Source: an uncultured candidatus Porisulfidus sp.
GTDB taxonomy: Bacteria; Pseudomonadota; Gammaproteobacteria; Poriferisulfidales; Poriferisulfidaceae
DNA: 64,000 bases
Direction: 5' to 3'
NCBI GenBank assembly: GCA_965116025.1
Contig: OZ220480.1
Coordinates: 1,344,001-1,408,000, forward strand
Position numbers and translations under genes: made by a program. The notes below the pieces were generated by a model. It was given only the letters and a program-made list of their open reading frames with translations. It searched no databases and had not been told where the DNA came from. Numbering within the stretch: position 1 is the stretch's first letter; each line of letters begins with the position of its first letter. This document shows positions 1 to 9,288 of the stretch, piece after piece.

Positions 1-1
1 A

Positions 2-703
2 AAGACAAGGTATCCAGATTCGTATTGGCTCGACGAGCCTTTCCTCGCCAGCTTCGGGGAAATGCTCGTTCCCGCAAGCCTGTGGCGCGCGATGCAGCGG
101 CTGAAGGTGTGGATCGAGCCCGCGATCGTGGCGGAGTGGGAAGCCCAAATCAAGCGCTATGCCGAGGCCCGGGGGCGGAGCGTCGACGACGCGCTTCTGG
201 CGGCGGATATGCTGTGGGCGGATCTGGAGCGTGATGTTGGCACGGCCAGGAAACGTGCCCAAAAGCTCATGCGAAGCCAGAATCTGCATTGCGTGTGGAG
301 CGGGAAAAGGCTTACGGAAAAAAGCATGGACATCGACCATTGCTTTCCTTGGTCGGTCTGGCCCTGCAGCGATCTTTGGAACCTGATGCCGGCGCATCGG
401 GACGTCAACCAGCGCGAGAAGCGCGCGCGGTTGCCCAGTGGCGCGCGCATGAAACTGGCGCGGGACGGGATCATGGATTGGTGGCGCGAGGCGTACACGC
501 GGGAAGACGACGTTATCGAGAAGCGGTTTTGGCTGGAGACCCGGACCAGCTTGCCGCTTCTCGAGAGCGAGTCGGATCAACTGGATCGGCTGTTCGGCGC
601 CATCAACATCCAGCGGATCCGGTTGCAGCGTGACCAGCAGGTCCCGGAATGGGATTCGGACCGGCATATCGAGCGCCTGCGCCAAGCGCGGGACTCCGGT
701 TAG
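2..703 (+). CDS. HNH endonuclease domain protein, C-terminal part (5' end outside window)
   Basis: Frame is open from position 2 (KTRYPDSYWLDEPFLASFGEM...). HNH-type motif CVWSG...DIDHCFPWS...DLWNLMPAHRDVNQREKR. Confidence 0.75.
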   Translation, partial: KTRYPDSYWLDEPFLASFGEMLVPASLWRAMQRLKVWIEPAIVAEWEAQIKRYAEARGRSVDDALLAADMLWADLERDVGTARKRAQKLMRSQNLHCVWSGKRLTEKSMDIDHCFPWSVWPCSDLWNLMPAHRDVNQREKRARLPSGARMKLARDGIMDWWREAYTREDDVIEKRFWLETRTSLPLLESESDQLDRLFGAINIQRIRLQRDQQVPEWDSDRHIERLRQARDSG

Positions 704-771
704 CGACCTTCGCGGAATCGGATTTTGGGTCGCGCTCCAAGCGCTCGACCGTCTCTCGGTCGGTCGCGGTC

Positions 772-800
772 TTGCCCGGAAAAGCGTTTTCGTTGATAAT
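772..800 (+). promoter_or_regulatory. Putative sigma70 promoter of rplY-pth-ychF
   Basis: TTGCCC-N17-GATAAT followed by GC-rich discriminator ACGCGCCCC; purine-rich SD-like GGAGG upstream of ATG 833. Confidence 0.5.
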
Positions 801-832
801 ACGCGCCCCCGAAGGGAGGGGGACGACCGACT

Positions 833-1528
833 ATGAGCGAAATTGATTTCGATCTATCCGCGCGGCCGCGCGAGAAGACCGGGACCGCCGCGATGCGCAA
901 GATGCGCCGCGATGGGCAACTGCCCGGCGTGGTCTATGGCGCGGGGGGCGAGGCGGTGCCGATCACCCTGTCAGGCCTTGAGGTCGCGCGCCATCTCGAG
1001 AATGAGGCTTTCTACTCGCACGTTCTGAATCTGGATCTGGACGGCAAAAAAGAGCAAGTTATTCTGCGCAGCGTGCAGCGCCACCCGGTTCGCTCGGACG
1101 CGTTGCTGCATATCGATCTGCAACGCGTCAGCAAGGACGCGAAAATCCGCATGACGGTGCCTCTGCACTTCGTGGGCGAGGACGTGGCGCCCGGAGTCAA
1201 GGAGGAGAGCGGCTTGTTCAGCCATCTCCTGACGGAAGTGGAGGTCTCCTGCCTGCCCGCCGATCTTCCCGAGTTCATTGAGGTCGATGTCTCTGAGTTA
1301 CGCATCGGCGAGCCGGTGCACCTCTCCGAACTGGTCGTCCCGGAGGGGTTGGAGTTGGTCGAGCTGACGCACGGTCACGATCACGCCGTGGTCATCATCA
1401 ACGTCCGGAAAGAGCAGCGGATTGAGGAAGAGGTAGAGGTCGGGGCGCCGGAGGGTGACGAGGGCGAAGATCAGCAAGTCGCCGGAGACGAAGGGAAGAG
1501 CGCGGACTCCGCTAAAGAAAAGCCCTGA
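833..1528 (+). CDS. rplY: 50S ribosomal protein L25/general stress protein Ctc
   Basis: R..G.LPGVVYG, QRHP, HIDLQRV, LPADLPEFIEVDVS motifs; acidic tail; synteny with pth-ychF. Confidence 0.96.
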   Translation: MSEIDFDLSARPREKTGTAAMRKMRRDGQLPGVVYGAGGEAVPITLSGLEVARHLENEAFYSHVLNLDLDGKKEQVILRSVQRHPVRSDALLHIDLQRVSKDAKIRMTVPLHFVGEDVAPGVKEESGLFSHLLTEVEVSCLPADLPEFIEVDVSELRIGEPVHLSELVVPEGLELVELTHGHDHAVVIINVRKEQRIEEEVEVGAPEGDEGEDQQVAGDEGKSADSAKEKP

Positions 1529-1542
1529 TCCGGGCCGGATCG

Positions 1543-2142
1543 ATGGTGGATTCAGGCGACGCGATCCGAATGGTCGCGGGATTGGGAAATCCCGGCGCGG
1601 AATACGCCCGCACTCGGCACAACGCGGGCTTCTGGTTAATCGACGAACTAGCCGAGCGTTTGGGGGCGCGGCTCGCGCCGTCCCGACAGTTGAAAGGAGC
1701 GGTGGCCACGGTTGAGGTCGGCGGTCGTTCGTTGCGCCTGTTCAAGCCCAACGCCTACGTTAACGTCAGTGGCGCCGTGATCGCGGCGGCGTGCCGCTAT
1801 TTTCGGATCCCTTTCTCGGCGTTGCTGGTCGCGCACGACGATATCGATTTGCAGGACGGGGTGGCGCGCCTCAGGTTTTCTGGAGGCCATGGCGGGCACA
1901 AGGGCGTTTCCGATTTGTGCCGGCAGGCCGGCAAGGATTTCTGGCGCGTCAAGTTTGGCGTCGGACGCCCGGGACGGGCCTCGGAGGTGGTGGGCTACGT
2001 GCTTCGGCCACTCTCCGATTCGGACCGCGTCGCGGTGGATCAGGCCGTGCGGCGAGTGGCGGAACATATCGGCGATCTGGTCACGGGGGATTTTCAGGCC
2101 GTCATGAACGCGCTGCATAATCCGAACGGCCCGACGGCATGA
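1543..2142 (+). CDS. pth: Peptidyl-tRNA hydrolase
   Basis: GLGNPGAEYARTRHNAGF, VAHDDIDL, GGHGGHKG motifs. Confidence 0.96.
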   Translation: MVDSGDAIRMVAGLGNPGAEYARTRHNAGFWLIDELAERLGARLAPSRQLKGAVATVEVGGRSLRLFKPNAYVNVSGAVIAAACRYFRIPFSALLVAHDDIDLQDGVARLRFSGGHGGHKGVSDLCRQAGKDFWRVKFGVGRPGRASEVVGYVLRPLSDSDRVAVDQAVRRVAEHIGDLVTGDFQAVMNALHNPNGPTA

Positions 2143-3233
2143 GCCTCAAGTGCGGCATCGTCGGTCTGCCGAACGTCGGGAAGTCCACGTTGTTCAACGC
2201 CCTGACGCGCGCCGAGGTGGCGGCTGAGAATTATCCTTTCTGCACGATCGACCCGAACGTGGGCGTGGTTCTGGTGCCGGACGCTCGGCTTGGTCGCTTG
2301 GCGGACCTAGCGGGCTCGCGCGAGCGGGTTCTGGCCACAGTGGAATTCGTCGATATCGCCGGGTTGGTGCGAAGCGCCTCGCGGGGCGAGGGCCTGGGCA
2401 ACCAATTCCTCGCGCATATCCGAGAGGCTGACGCGATCATTCACGTCGCGCGGTGCTTCGAGGACGAAAACATCGCGCATGTGGACGGCGCGGTGGACCC
2501 GGTTCGGGACTGCGAGACGATCCTGACGGAATTGCTTTTGGCCGACCTGGGGACGGTGAGTCGATCTCTAGAGAAATGGCGCTCCCAGGCGAAGGCCGGA
2601 GACAAGGAGGCTCGCGGGGCCTGCGTCGCGCTCGAGAAGGTTGGCGAGCGGCTGGACCAAGGCGTCCCGGCGTGCGAGCAGAAGCTTGGCGAAGTGGATC
2701 GGGCCGTGCTGGATCCGCTTTTTCTGCTGACGGCCAAGCCGTTTCTCTATGTCGCCAACGTCGACGAGGCCGGGATTTCTGGAGAGAGCGCCGAATGGCG
2801 CGCGCTGGAAGAGTACGCGCGCGGAAAAGGTTCCGAGGCGATTTCAATCTGCGCCGCCCTGGAATCCGAGATCTCCCGGCTGGACCCGGAGAGTCGGGGG
2901 GAATTCTTGGCGGACATGGGATTGTCCGCTCCGGGGCTGGACCGCGTGGTCGAGGCGGGCTACCGGCTTTTGGGCTACCGGACGTATTTCACGGCGGGGC
3001 CGAAGGAGGCGCGGGCGTGGACGATTCGCGCGGGAGCGCGCGCGCCACGGGCGGCGGGGGCGATCCATACCGATTTCGAGAAGGGTTTCATTCGCGCGGA
3101 AGTGATCTCCTACGAGGATTATCTCGCTTGCGGCGGAGAGGCGGGCGCCCGGGCCGCCGGGAAATGCCGTTCGGAAGGCCGCGATTATGAGGTGCGGGAA
3201 GCGGACGTCATGCACTTTCGCTTCAACGTGTGA
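2139..3233 (+). CDS. ychF: Redox-regulated Obg-like ATPase YchF
   Basis: GIVGLPNVGKSTLFN, NYPFCTIDPN, DIAGLV, IHTDFEKGFIRAE, C-terminal FRFNV. Confidence 0.97.
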   Translation: MSLKCGIVGLPNVGKSTLFNALTRAEVAAENYPFCTIDPNVGVVLVPDARLGRLADLAGSRERVLATVEFVDIAGLVRSASRGEGLGNQFLAHIREADAIIHVARCFEDENIAHVDGAVDPVRDCETILTELLLADLGTVSRSLEKWRSQAKAGDKEARGACVALEKVGERLDQGVPACEQKLGEVDRAVLDPLFLLTAKPFLYVANVDEAGISGESAEWRALEEYARGKGSEAISICAALESEISRLDPESRGEFLADMGLSAPGLDRVVEAGYRLLGYRTYFTAGPKEARAWTIRAGARAPRAAGAIHTDFEKGFIRAEVISYEDYLACGGEAGARAAGKCRSEGRDYEVREADVMHFRFNV

Positions 3234-3313
3234 GGCGGACGCGGGAAGCGCGCCGGCGGAGCGCGCCTCGCCCGCGCGACGGCGAAAATCCCGGGAGAGG
3301 CCGGGCGGACCCT

Positions 3314-3679
3314 TTATGGATATCGCTCGGCCCATGGAATGAAGCCCGGGTAGCTGGGGTGATGGTGAATGACGTCTCGCAGGGGCAGGATGCGGTCGTG
3401 GTTGAGCTTCCGGTATCGGACATACGTCCGGTACCAGCGCTCGTGCTCGGTCCAGCCCACGAAGTTCTTTGGCGTGACGCTTTGGGCGTAGCGCGGGACC
3501 GATCCGGAAACTCCGCCTGCCTCGACGATCTGCTGGTGGCAGGCTTGGTCGCTCAGCCCGCGGGTCTGGCATTGGGAATACGTGGGCGGCGTGGCGTCGG
3601 GCGGCGCGGCCGGGGTCGCGCCGGACAGGCAAGCGAGGAATCCAGCCGCGAGCGACGGGAAAAGTCTGGAGAGCGTCAT
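3314..3679 (-). CDS. Small secreted hypothetical protein (121 aa), last gene of pilus operon
   Basis: ATG at 3679 gives signal-peptide-like MTLSRLFPSLAAGFLACLSG, a Cys pair and an aromatic-rich C-terminus; 17 nt after the PilV-like stop. The longer track ORF overlaps the PilV-like gene. Confidence 0.55.
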   Translation of the reverse strand: MTLSRLFPSLAAGFLACLSGATPAAPPDATPPTYSQCQTRGLSDQACHQQIVEAGGVSGSVPRYAQSVTPKNFVGWTEHERWYRTYVRYRKLNHDRILPLRDVIHHHPSYPGFIPWAERYP

Positions 3680-3696
3680 AGGCGAAAGTCTCCCGC

Positions 3697-4572
3697 TCAG
3701 TACGAGCATTTGACGAATACGGCGATGGTGGTCGCGCTGGAGCGCGGGGTCTCGACGCCTCCAGAGCCGGTGAGGACCACCCGGACCCGCCAGGTGGAGG
3801 CGAGATCGTCCACGGGCAGTTGAATGCCGTGCAGCGCCCGACCGCTCGGCAACGAGACCTGGTTCAGAGCCGTGAAGATCCGGGGACGCATTCCGCTCGG
3901 GCAGGTCGGTTTTCGAATGAGGTCGCCGGGCTTGGCCGCGGCCGCGAACTGCACGGAATTGAGCAGGGTCTGTCCGGTCTCGGTCACCACGTCGCGCGCG
4001 CCGAACAGGTACTGATTGCCCAGATTCCACGTCGCGGTAGGGCTCTCGGAGCCGTCCAGAGGCATGAATCCGGATCCTTGGCCGCTCGCGTCGGCGGGCT
4101 TGGGATAATGCGAGGCGAGGACGGAGCCTGAGGTCGATGATCCCGGGAGCTTCCGCTCAAGGGCGGAAGCCTGCTCGGGATTTTCGGTCGTGACCGTGAC
4201 GGTGAAGTGGCTGGAGTCGCAGGACAGGACGTACTGAGTCCGCCTGCCTCGAGAGTTCAGATACGGTGAGCGCTCTGGCGCCCCCTTGAGGAGGCCACGC
4301 GCGTCCAGCTCGGCGTAGGCCCCGGCGCACAGCAGGATCTCGCGCGGCCATTCGCCCTCGTCGATGGCATAGCGTTGCGCCGCGTTGGCCAGACGGTAGA
4401 CCTCTCCGGCCACGCGCTCGACCTGGTCGCGCTCGATATCGTCGACCAGTCGGCGGGTCGAGCTGAGTTGCAGGGTTCCGGCGAGGATCGAGAACAGCGC
4501 CAGGGTGACGACCAGTTCCAGCAGGCTGAATCCGGCCTGTCGCGCGCGGGCGGTGGATCGCGGACGTCTCAT
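3697..4572 (-). CDS. PilV-like type IV minor pilin/tip adhesin
   Basis: Class III signal RQAG|FSLLELVV; MPLDGS..TWNLGNQYL segment; C-terminal KPTCPSGMRPRIF...VKC resembling R64/PAPI-1 PilV proteins. Confidence 0.7.
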   Translation of the reverse strand: MRRPRSTARARQAGFSLLELVVTLALFSILAGTLQLSSTRRLVDDIERDQVERVAGEVYRLANAAQRYAIDEGEWPREILLCAGAYAELDARGLLKGAPERSPYLNSRGRRTQYVLSCDSSHFTVTVTTENPEQASALERKLPGSSTSGSVLASHYPKPADASGQGSGFMPLDGSESPTATWNLGNQYLFGARDVVTETGQTLLNSVQFAAAAKPGDLIRKPTCPSGMRPRIFTALNQVSLPSGRALHGIQLPVDDLASTWRVRVVLTGSGGVETPRSSATTIAVFVKCSY

Positions 4573-5012
4573 TCGCTGGTGGTCGGTCGCGACTGGCGCA
4601 GTTGGCGCGCCCGCCAGAACGGGACGCGGAGTTCCGAGATTGGCGCGGGAGGTCGGACCACCCGAACTGGACGCGCCGGGTCGCCGTTGGCGGAGATTTG
4701 GATCCGGGGGTCGGCGCCATCCAGCGCGATGCGGTACGCGCGCCCGTCGCCCAGTCGGACCGGCACGGCGACGTGGGGCAAGGCGGCCCGCAGTTCGGCC
4801 GCGGTGGAGGCGTCTTCGGCCAGCCGGCCTTGCCGGTGCGCGCGCTCGACCAAAGAGGCGACGTATCGCTCCTCATGGCGTTGTCCGTGAGCTTTCGCCG
4901 CGTCGACGCGCATGCCCGCGAACGATCCCGCCAGGGCGATCGCCATTCCCGCCAGGATGAGCGCGGCCAGCGCCTCCGGCAGGGTGAATCCGTTTTGCTT
5001 GGCGGATATCAT
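4569..5012 (-). CDS. Prepilin-type N-terminal cleavage/methylation protein (minor pilin, 147 aa)
   Basis: MISAKQNG|FTLPEALAALILAG; ATGA overlap with the upstream stop at 5009. Confidence 0.75.
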   Translation of the reverse strand: MISAKQNGFTLPEALAALILAGMAIALAGSFAGMRVDAAKAHGQRHEERYVASLVERAHRQGRLAEDASTAAELRAALPHVAVPVRLGDGRAYRIALDGADPRIQISANGDPARPVRVVRPPAPISELRVPFWRARQLRQSRPTTSE

Positions 5013-6154
5013 CGAACCGAGATCGAGTAGATCGGAACCAGAAAGCCCTTGGCGAGCAACAGCATGAGGGTCAGGATCAATCCCGAGTACAACCAGCGGG
5101 TCCAGCGCACGAGCCTCTCCAGGCGCCAGTCGATCTCGGTTTTCAGGTTGGTTTGTATGGCGGCGAACAGTTGGGGCAGCTGTGTCGGCGGCGCGTCCTC
5201 GAAGCGATGCAGACCAATCATCAGGGTACGGCTGAAGTGACGCTCGGACAGGCTTCGCGACAGGCTGTGCCCGGTGCGCAGCCGGGTATACAGGTACCGG
5301 GTGGCGCTTTTGCCGAGCAGGGGGTGCAGCGAGCGCACCAGATCGGCGAGGTGGACGCCCTTGCGAAAGGCCGGGGCGAGGACGGCTAGCAGGGCGGAGG
5401 AGCGCCGCGCGCGGGCCAGTCCGTCGATGTCGCTCAGCGGCGGAATCGCCCGGGTCTGGTCCCAGAATCGATATCCAGCGAGCGCGAGCGCCGCGATGAC
5501 GCCCAGCGTCAGTGGAAGATAGTGGGTCAGCATGGCATGCAGGGCCATCAGGATGTCGGTCGCGAGGGTCGTTTGGATCTCGACCCGGCCGGACAGGCTG
5601 TCGAGGAGCGCTTGGAACAGGAACGGAGTCAGCGCGAGCAGTCCGAGCGCGGTCGTCGCGTATAGGCCAGCCCGTAGCAGGGGCCCGCGCAACGTCCGCT
5701 CGCTCGCCCGCTGGCGCTCCAGAAAATCCGCCGCCTGCAGCAGCATTTCCGGGACCTGCCCGAGACGCTCTCCCTCGCGGCACAAGGCGACGGCGAAGGG
5801 GTGCATGTTGAGCAGCAGAAGGAGGTCGGCGGGCGCGAGGCCGGACAGTCCGCCCGCGCTTCGGGCCTGTCGATTTCGCCGCAACGAGGGGAGCAGCGAG
5901 ATCGTTCGGTCCAGCTCCCCGGGCGTCAGGCTGCCGCGGCCGAGATGCATGGACATCTGAGCCAGTAGCAGGCGTTGCTCGTTGAGGTCGGCCCGCCGCA
6001 GGCCAAGCCACTCTCGCCAGTGCCTTCGCACCGACAGCACCCGGCGGTTGGCGACCGCCGGATGCCGTCTCGCGGAGACCGGGCTGTCCGCGTCGACCGC
6101 GAGCGGGACCGTCGAGCCGCGCGGCGACAGGCAGCGCACGGTGTACAAGGTCAT
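5009..6154 (-). CDS. Type II secretion/type IV pilus inner-membrane platform protein (GspF/PilC/PilR family)
   Basis: GE..GQVPEML..AADFLE motif, three TM segments, C-terminal LVPIY. Confidence 0.8.
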   Translation of the reverse strand: MTLYTVRCLSPRGSTVPLAVDADSPVSARRHPAVANRRVLSVRRHWREWLGLRRADLNEQRLLLAQMSMHLGRGSLTPGELDRTISLLPSLRRNRQARSAGGLSGLAPADLLLLLNMHPFAVALCREGERLGQVPEMLLQAADFLERQRASERTLRGPLLRAGLYATTALGLLALTPFLFQALLDSLSGRVEIQTTLATDILMALHAMLTHYLPLTLGVIAALALAGYRFWDQTRAIPPLSDIDGLARARRSSALLAVLAPAFRKGVHLADLVRSLHPLLGKSATRYLYTRLRTGHSLSRSLSERHFSRTLMIGLHRFEDAPPTQLPQLFAAIQTNLKTEIDWRLERLVRWTRWLYSGLILTLMLLLAKGFLVPIYSISVR

Positions 6155-6156
6155 GG

Positions 6157-6618
6157 TCAGGGGATCCGGTAATTGACCGCGAGGGTGTCGTTGTTCTTGT
6201 TGTAAGCGCTCGAGCTGATGGCGGATCCCGTCACGTTTCCAAGGGCGGTGGCGAGGTCCGGGCCAAAATCGTCCGGCTCCTCGGCGCTGGAGATCAGCCA
6301 GTCGATGGTGACGGTGCGCGCCGCCGCGTTCTTCAGCGCCCAGGCGTCGCCGAACGGCCCGTTTCCGGACACGCCAGCGTCCGTGATGTCCGTTTTGGCG
6401 ACCCCGGTCAGGCTGCCGTTGATCGCGCGGTACGAGATCAGGGCGGAAGGGATGTCGTTGAGCAGGACGTCTTTGCTGCTGGCCATCGCCAGCTCTCTCT
6501 CGGCGGTTCCGAAGCTGGTGACGACGGTGGAGACGAGAATGCCGATCAGGGCGATGACGGCCAGAATTTCCGGCAAGGTAAATCCGCTCTGGCGGGTTTT
6601 GGGCGCGATTCGTTTCAT
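6157..6618 (-). CDS. Probable major type IV pilin (153 aa)
   Basis: MKRIAPKTRQSG|FTLPEILAVIALIGIL; GPFGDAW segment; ATGA overlap with the ATPase stop. Confidence 0.8.
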   Translation of the reverse strand: MKRIAPKTRQSGFTLPEILAVIALIGILVSTVVTSFGTAERELAMASSKDVLLNDIPSALISYRAINGSLTGVAKTDITDAGVSGNGPFGDAWALKNAAARTVTIDWLISSAEEPDDFGPDLATALGNVTGSAISSSAYNKNNDTLAVNYRIP

Positions 6619-8312
6619 GATGCGTGGTTCTCCGTGAAGGCGAGTTGAAGGGGTTTGGTGTGTGATTGGGGAATCTGGAACGACTCCCCGGGCGGTTCGG
6701 GCAGAACGCGCATGCATTCGGCCCAAGTCGTCTGTCCTCCGCGGATCAGGTCCGTGGCGTGGTCCCAAAGGTTGCGAAAACCTCGCGCACGGGCCGCGTC
6801 GTGCAGGGACGACAGCCCGGCTCCAGCGGCGATCTTCTCGACCACCCAGGAGTCCAGGAACAAAGTTTCCGCGATGCAGACGCGTTCTCGATAGCCGCTG
6901 CCCCCGCAGCGCTCGCAACCCTCCGAGCGGGCGAGCGGCCAGCGCTCTCCGGGGGGAAGTCCAAGCATGCGGGTGGCTTCCCAGCTCGCCTCGTCGTACC
7001 CGCGCGTCGCGCAATGAGGGCAGACCCGGCGGACCAGCCGCTGCGCGCTGACGGCGGCCAGGGTGTCGGCGATCAGGTGCGAGGGCACGCCAAGGTTGCG
7101 CAGACGCTCGATCGCGCCGAAGCTGTTGTTGGTGTGCAGGGTGGACAGCACCAGATGGCCGGTCAGGCTCGCCCGGCAGGCCAGACGCGCCGTCTCCTCA
7201 TCCCGGATCTCCCCGATCAGGATGACGTCCGGGTCGGCCCGCAGAAGCGCCCGCAGGCCGGCCGCGTAGCTCATGCCGATATCGTCGTTGATCTGGATCT
7301 GGTCGATGCCGGGGATCTGCACCTCGATGGGGTCCTCCAGCGTCTTGATGGATATCTGGCTGCGGTTGCGGCGGAGGATCTCCATCACCAGCGCGTAGAA
7401 GGTCGTGGTCTTGCCCGCCCCGGTTGGGCCGGTCAGCAGAAACAGGCCACTGTTCATGGTGACGATCCGACTTAGCGACTGGACGAAGGAATCGCCGAGC
7501 GCCAGCTGGTCCAGGGTTCGCACCGAGCGCTGGTAGCCGGCCACGATGCGCAACGTGAACGAGCCCCAGACCTTCCGCCCGATGGTGACCGGGCACATGT
7601 TGACCCGGATGAAGAACGTTCGTCCCCGCAGGGGCATCTCCAGATTGCCATCCTTCGGCGTGCTGTACACCCCGTGCTGGTTCCCGGACAAGGTCAGCAG
7701 GGTATTCGAGATCAGCCGGTAGTTGCATTTTTCCGACATCACCATGCGCTCCTCGCGCAGGGTCAGGAGCAACCCGTTCCGGCGCATCTTGATCTCCACG
7801 GCCTCGTTGTCGCGGGGCACGATGTGAAGGTCGCTGGCTTGACGGTCTATGGCCAGCGTGACCCACTCGTACAGGATCCGCTCGGCTTCCGGAGACGAGG
7901 ACGGATCCTGGGCGATTTCGGAATGGGTGGAGGACTGGATCGGGATCAAGCCGGTCTCGCCATGAAGCGGGATCTCTTTCGGCAACGCCAGCCGCGGGTT
8001 GCGGATCAGATGCTGGCAGGCGAACGGGTCGGTCACGAAGAGGCGACCATCGGCCCAGGCCGAGGTCCCGTCCGCCACGTGGTCCAGGGGGCCGTGCAGG
8101 CTCTCGGAGTGCACCGGCATCGAGAACGCCTCCGCCAGGGCCATGGTGACGGACTCCGCGTCGGCTCCAGCCCGCAACAGTCGCGGGACGATGGCCTCGG
8201 GGTCGCTTGGGCAGGCCAGCTGCATGGCGTTCGACGGCAAGGCGCCGGAACTGACCAAGGCTTGCCGGATTTCCTCGAAGCGCCGCGCGACCCGCTCGGA
8301 CAGGCTCTTCAT
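6615..8312 (-). CDS. Pilus assembly ATPase (GspE/PilB/PilQ family)
   Basis: ASDLHI, Walker A GPTGAGKT, TLEDPIE, DPDVILIGEIRD, GHLVLSTLH, CPHC...CERC. Start set at ATG 8312 (ATGA overlap). Confidence 0.93.
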   Translation of the reverse strand: MKSLSERVARRFEEIRQALVSSGALPSNAMQLACPSDPEAIVPRLLRAGADAESVTMALAEAFSMPVHSESLHGPLDHVADGTSAWADGRLFVTDPFACQHLIRNPRLALPKEIPLHGETGLIPIQSSTHSEIAQDPSSSPEAERILYEWVTLAIDRQASDLHIVPRDNEAVEIKMRRNGLLLTLREERMVMSEKCNYRLISNTLLTLSGNQHGVYSTPKDGNLEMPLRGRTFFIRVNMCPVTIGRKVWGSFTLRIVAGYQRSVRTLDQLALGDSFVQSLSRIVTMNSGLFLLTGPTGAGKTTTFYALVMEILRRNRSQISIKTLEDPIEVQIPGIDQIQINDDIGMSYAAGLRALLRADPDVILIGEIRDEETARLACRASLTGHLVLSTLHTNNSFGAIERLRNLGVPSHLIADTLAAVSAQRLVRRVCPHCATRGYDEASWEATRMLGLPPGERWPLARSEGCERCGGSGYRERVCIAETLFLDSWVVEKIAAGAGLSSLHDAARARGFRNLWDHATDLIRGGQTTWAECMRVLPEPPGESFQIPQSHTKPLQLAFTENHAS

Positions 8313-8782
8313 GGCGCGCTCCTCGTGACCGGGAGTCGCAACCGCGCTCCCCCCGCGTCCAGCAGCTCGAGCGAGTCGACTTCCACCGAGCCGATCCGCC
8401 AGGGACCCAGTCGCTGTCCGGCGCGCACCTCGACGCGCTGGCCGCCGTCGAGGCGCAATTGCGCCCGTCCTTGGTAGACGCCGATCAGCCGTGGTGGATT
8501 CATCGCTGGCGCCGGGGTCGAGGTGGGAGACTCGGCGCGGGCCTGGATCGGCTCTGGGGCCGACCCCGCGCCTAGGCAGGGAAATCCGGTCCGCTGGCAT
8601 TCCTGGAGTTTTTGGGCGATCCGCAGCTGAATCTCGAGCAGGGCGTCGGCGGCGTGCAGGCGCCGCAGCTCATGGGCGTGGGACTCCGCGTCCTGGAGGA
8701 TCTTCCGGGACGTCTCCACGGGCGGTTCGCCGCCCGCGAGGGCCGCGGCGGACCAGATCGCCAGTGGCAGGGCCGCCCTCAC
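8309..8782 (-). CDS. PilP-like periplasmic pilus accessory protein
   Basis: GTG start overlapping upstream TGA; signal peptide, coiled coil, Pro-rich linker, C-terminal PRLIGVYQGRAQL..G beta domain; position just before the ATPase. Confidence 0.55.
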   Translation of the reverse strand: MRAALPLAIWSAAALAGGEPPVETSRKILQDAESHAHELRRLHAADALLEIQLRIAQKLQECQRTGFPCLGAGSAPEPIQARAESPTSTPAPAMNPPRLIGVYQGRAQLRLDGGQRVEVRAGQRLGPWRIGSVEVDSLELLDAGGARLRLPVTRSAP

Positions 8783-9288
8783 GCGTCTTCTCCGTAGCTT
8801 GGGTTCGCTCCGAGCACGAACAGCGCCGCGCGCGCGATTCCTTCCGAGCCCTGAACCTCGTCCACGATCAGCGGCATCAGAGGCTGGGCGATTCGGCACA
8901 GTTGGATCACTGACGACAACGATCCCCGTAGCGCGACCTTCCAGACCGTTCCGCCGAAACTGCCGATCCGTTGGCGGACCGCTTCCGGGTAGAGGTCCGG
9001 GTCCGCCTCAATGGCTTCCATCTCGCTGATGTCCGGCAAGGCGCGGGCGATCTGTCGCAGCTGCCTCATCTGCCAGTGGATGGACCGCACTGGCGGCAGG
9101 GCCTCGAGCTGTTGCCGGGAACGTTCCAGCCGCGCGCGCTCAGCGGTGATACGGGTCAGGTCCGGCGTGGCGCGTTGGCGGTCGAGCGCGGTGACGGTCA
9201 CGCCCGCCAAGGTCAGGCAGGTCGCGCCGATCAGCGCGAGCGGCCCCAGCCGCCGCCACTGGCTACCAGACGACGCGAAGCGAGCCAT
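8779..9288 (-). CDS. Bitopic pilus alignment-subcomplex protein (PilO/GspM-like)
   Basis: N-terminal TM helix followed by coiled coil; translationally coupled within the operon. Confidence 0.5.
   Translation of the reverse strand: MARFASSGSQWRRLGPLALIGATCLTLAGVTVTALDRQRATPDLTRITAERARLERSRQQLEALPPVRSIHWQMRQLRQIARALPDISEMEAIEADPDLYPEAVRQRIGSFGGTVWKVALRGSLSSVIQLCRIAQPLMPLIVDEVQGSEGIARAALFVLGANPSYGEDA

Noticed and set aside
3233-3700. Shufflon downstream of the PilV-like gene
   Set aside because: No recombinase, repeated sfx-like sites or alternative cassettes seen.
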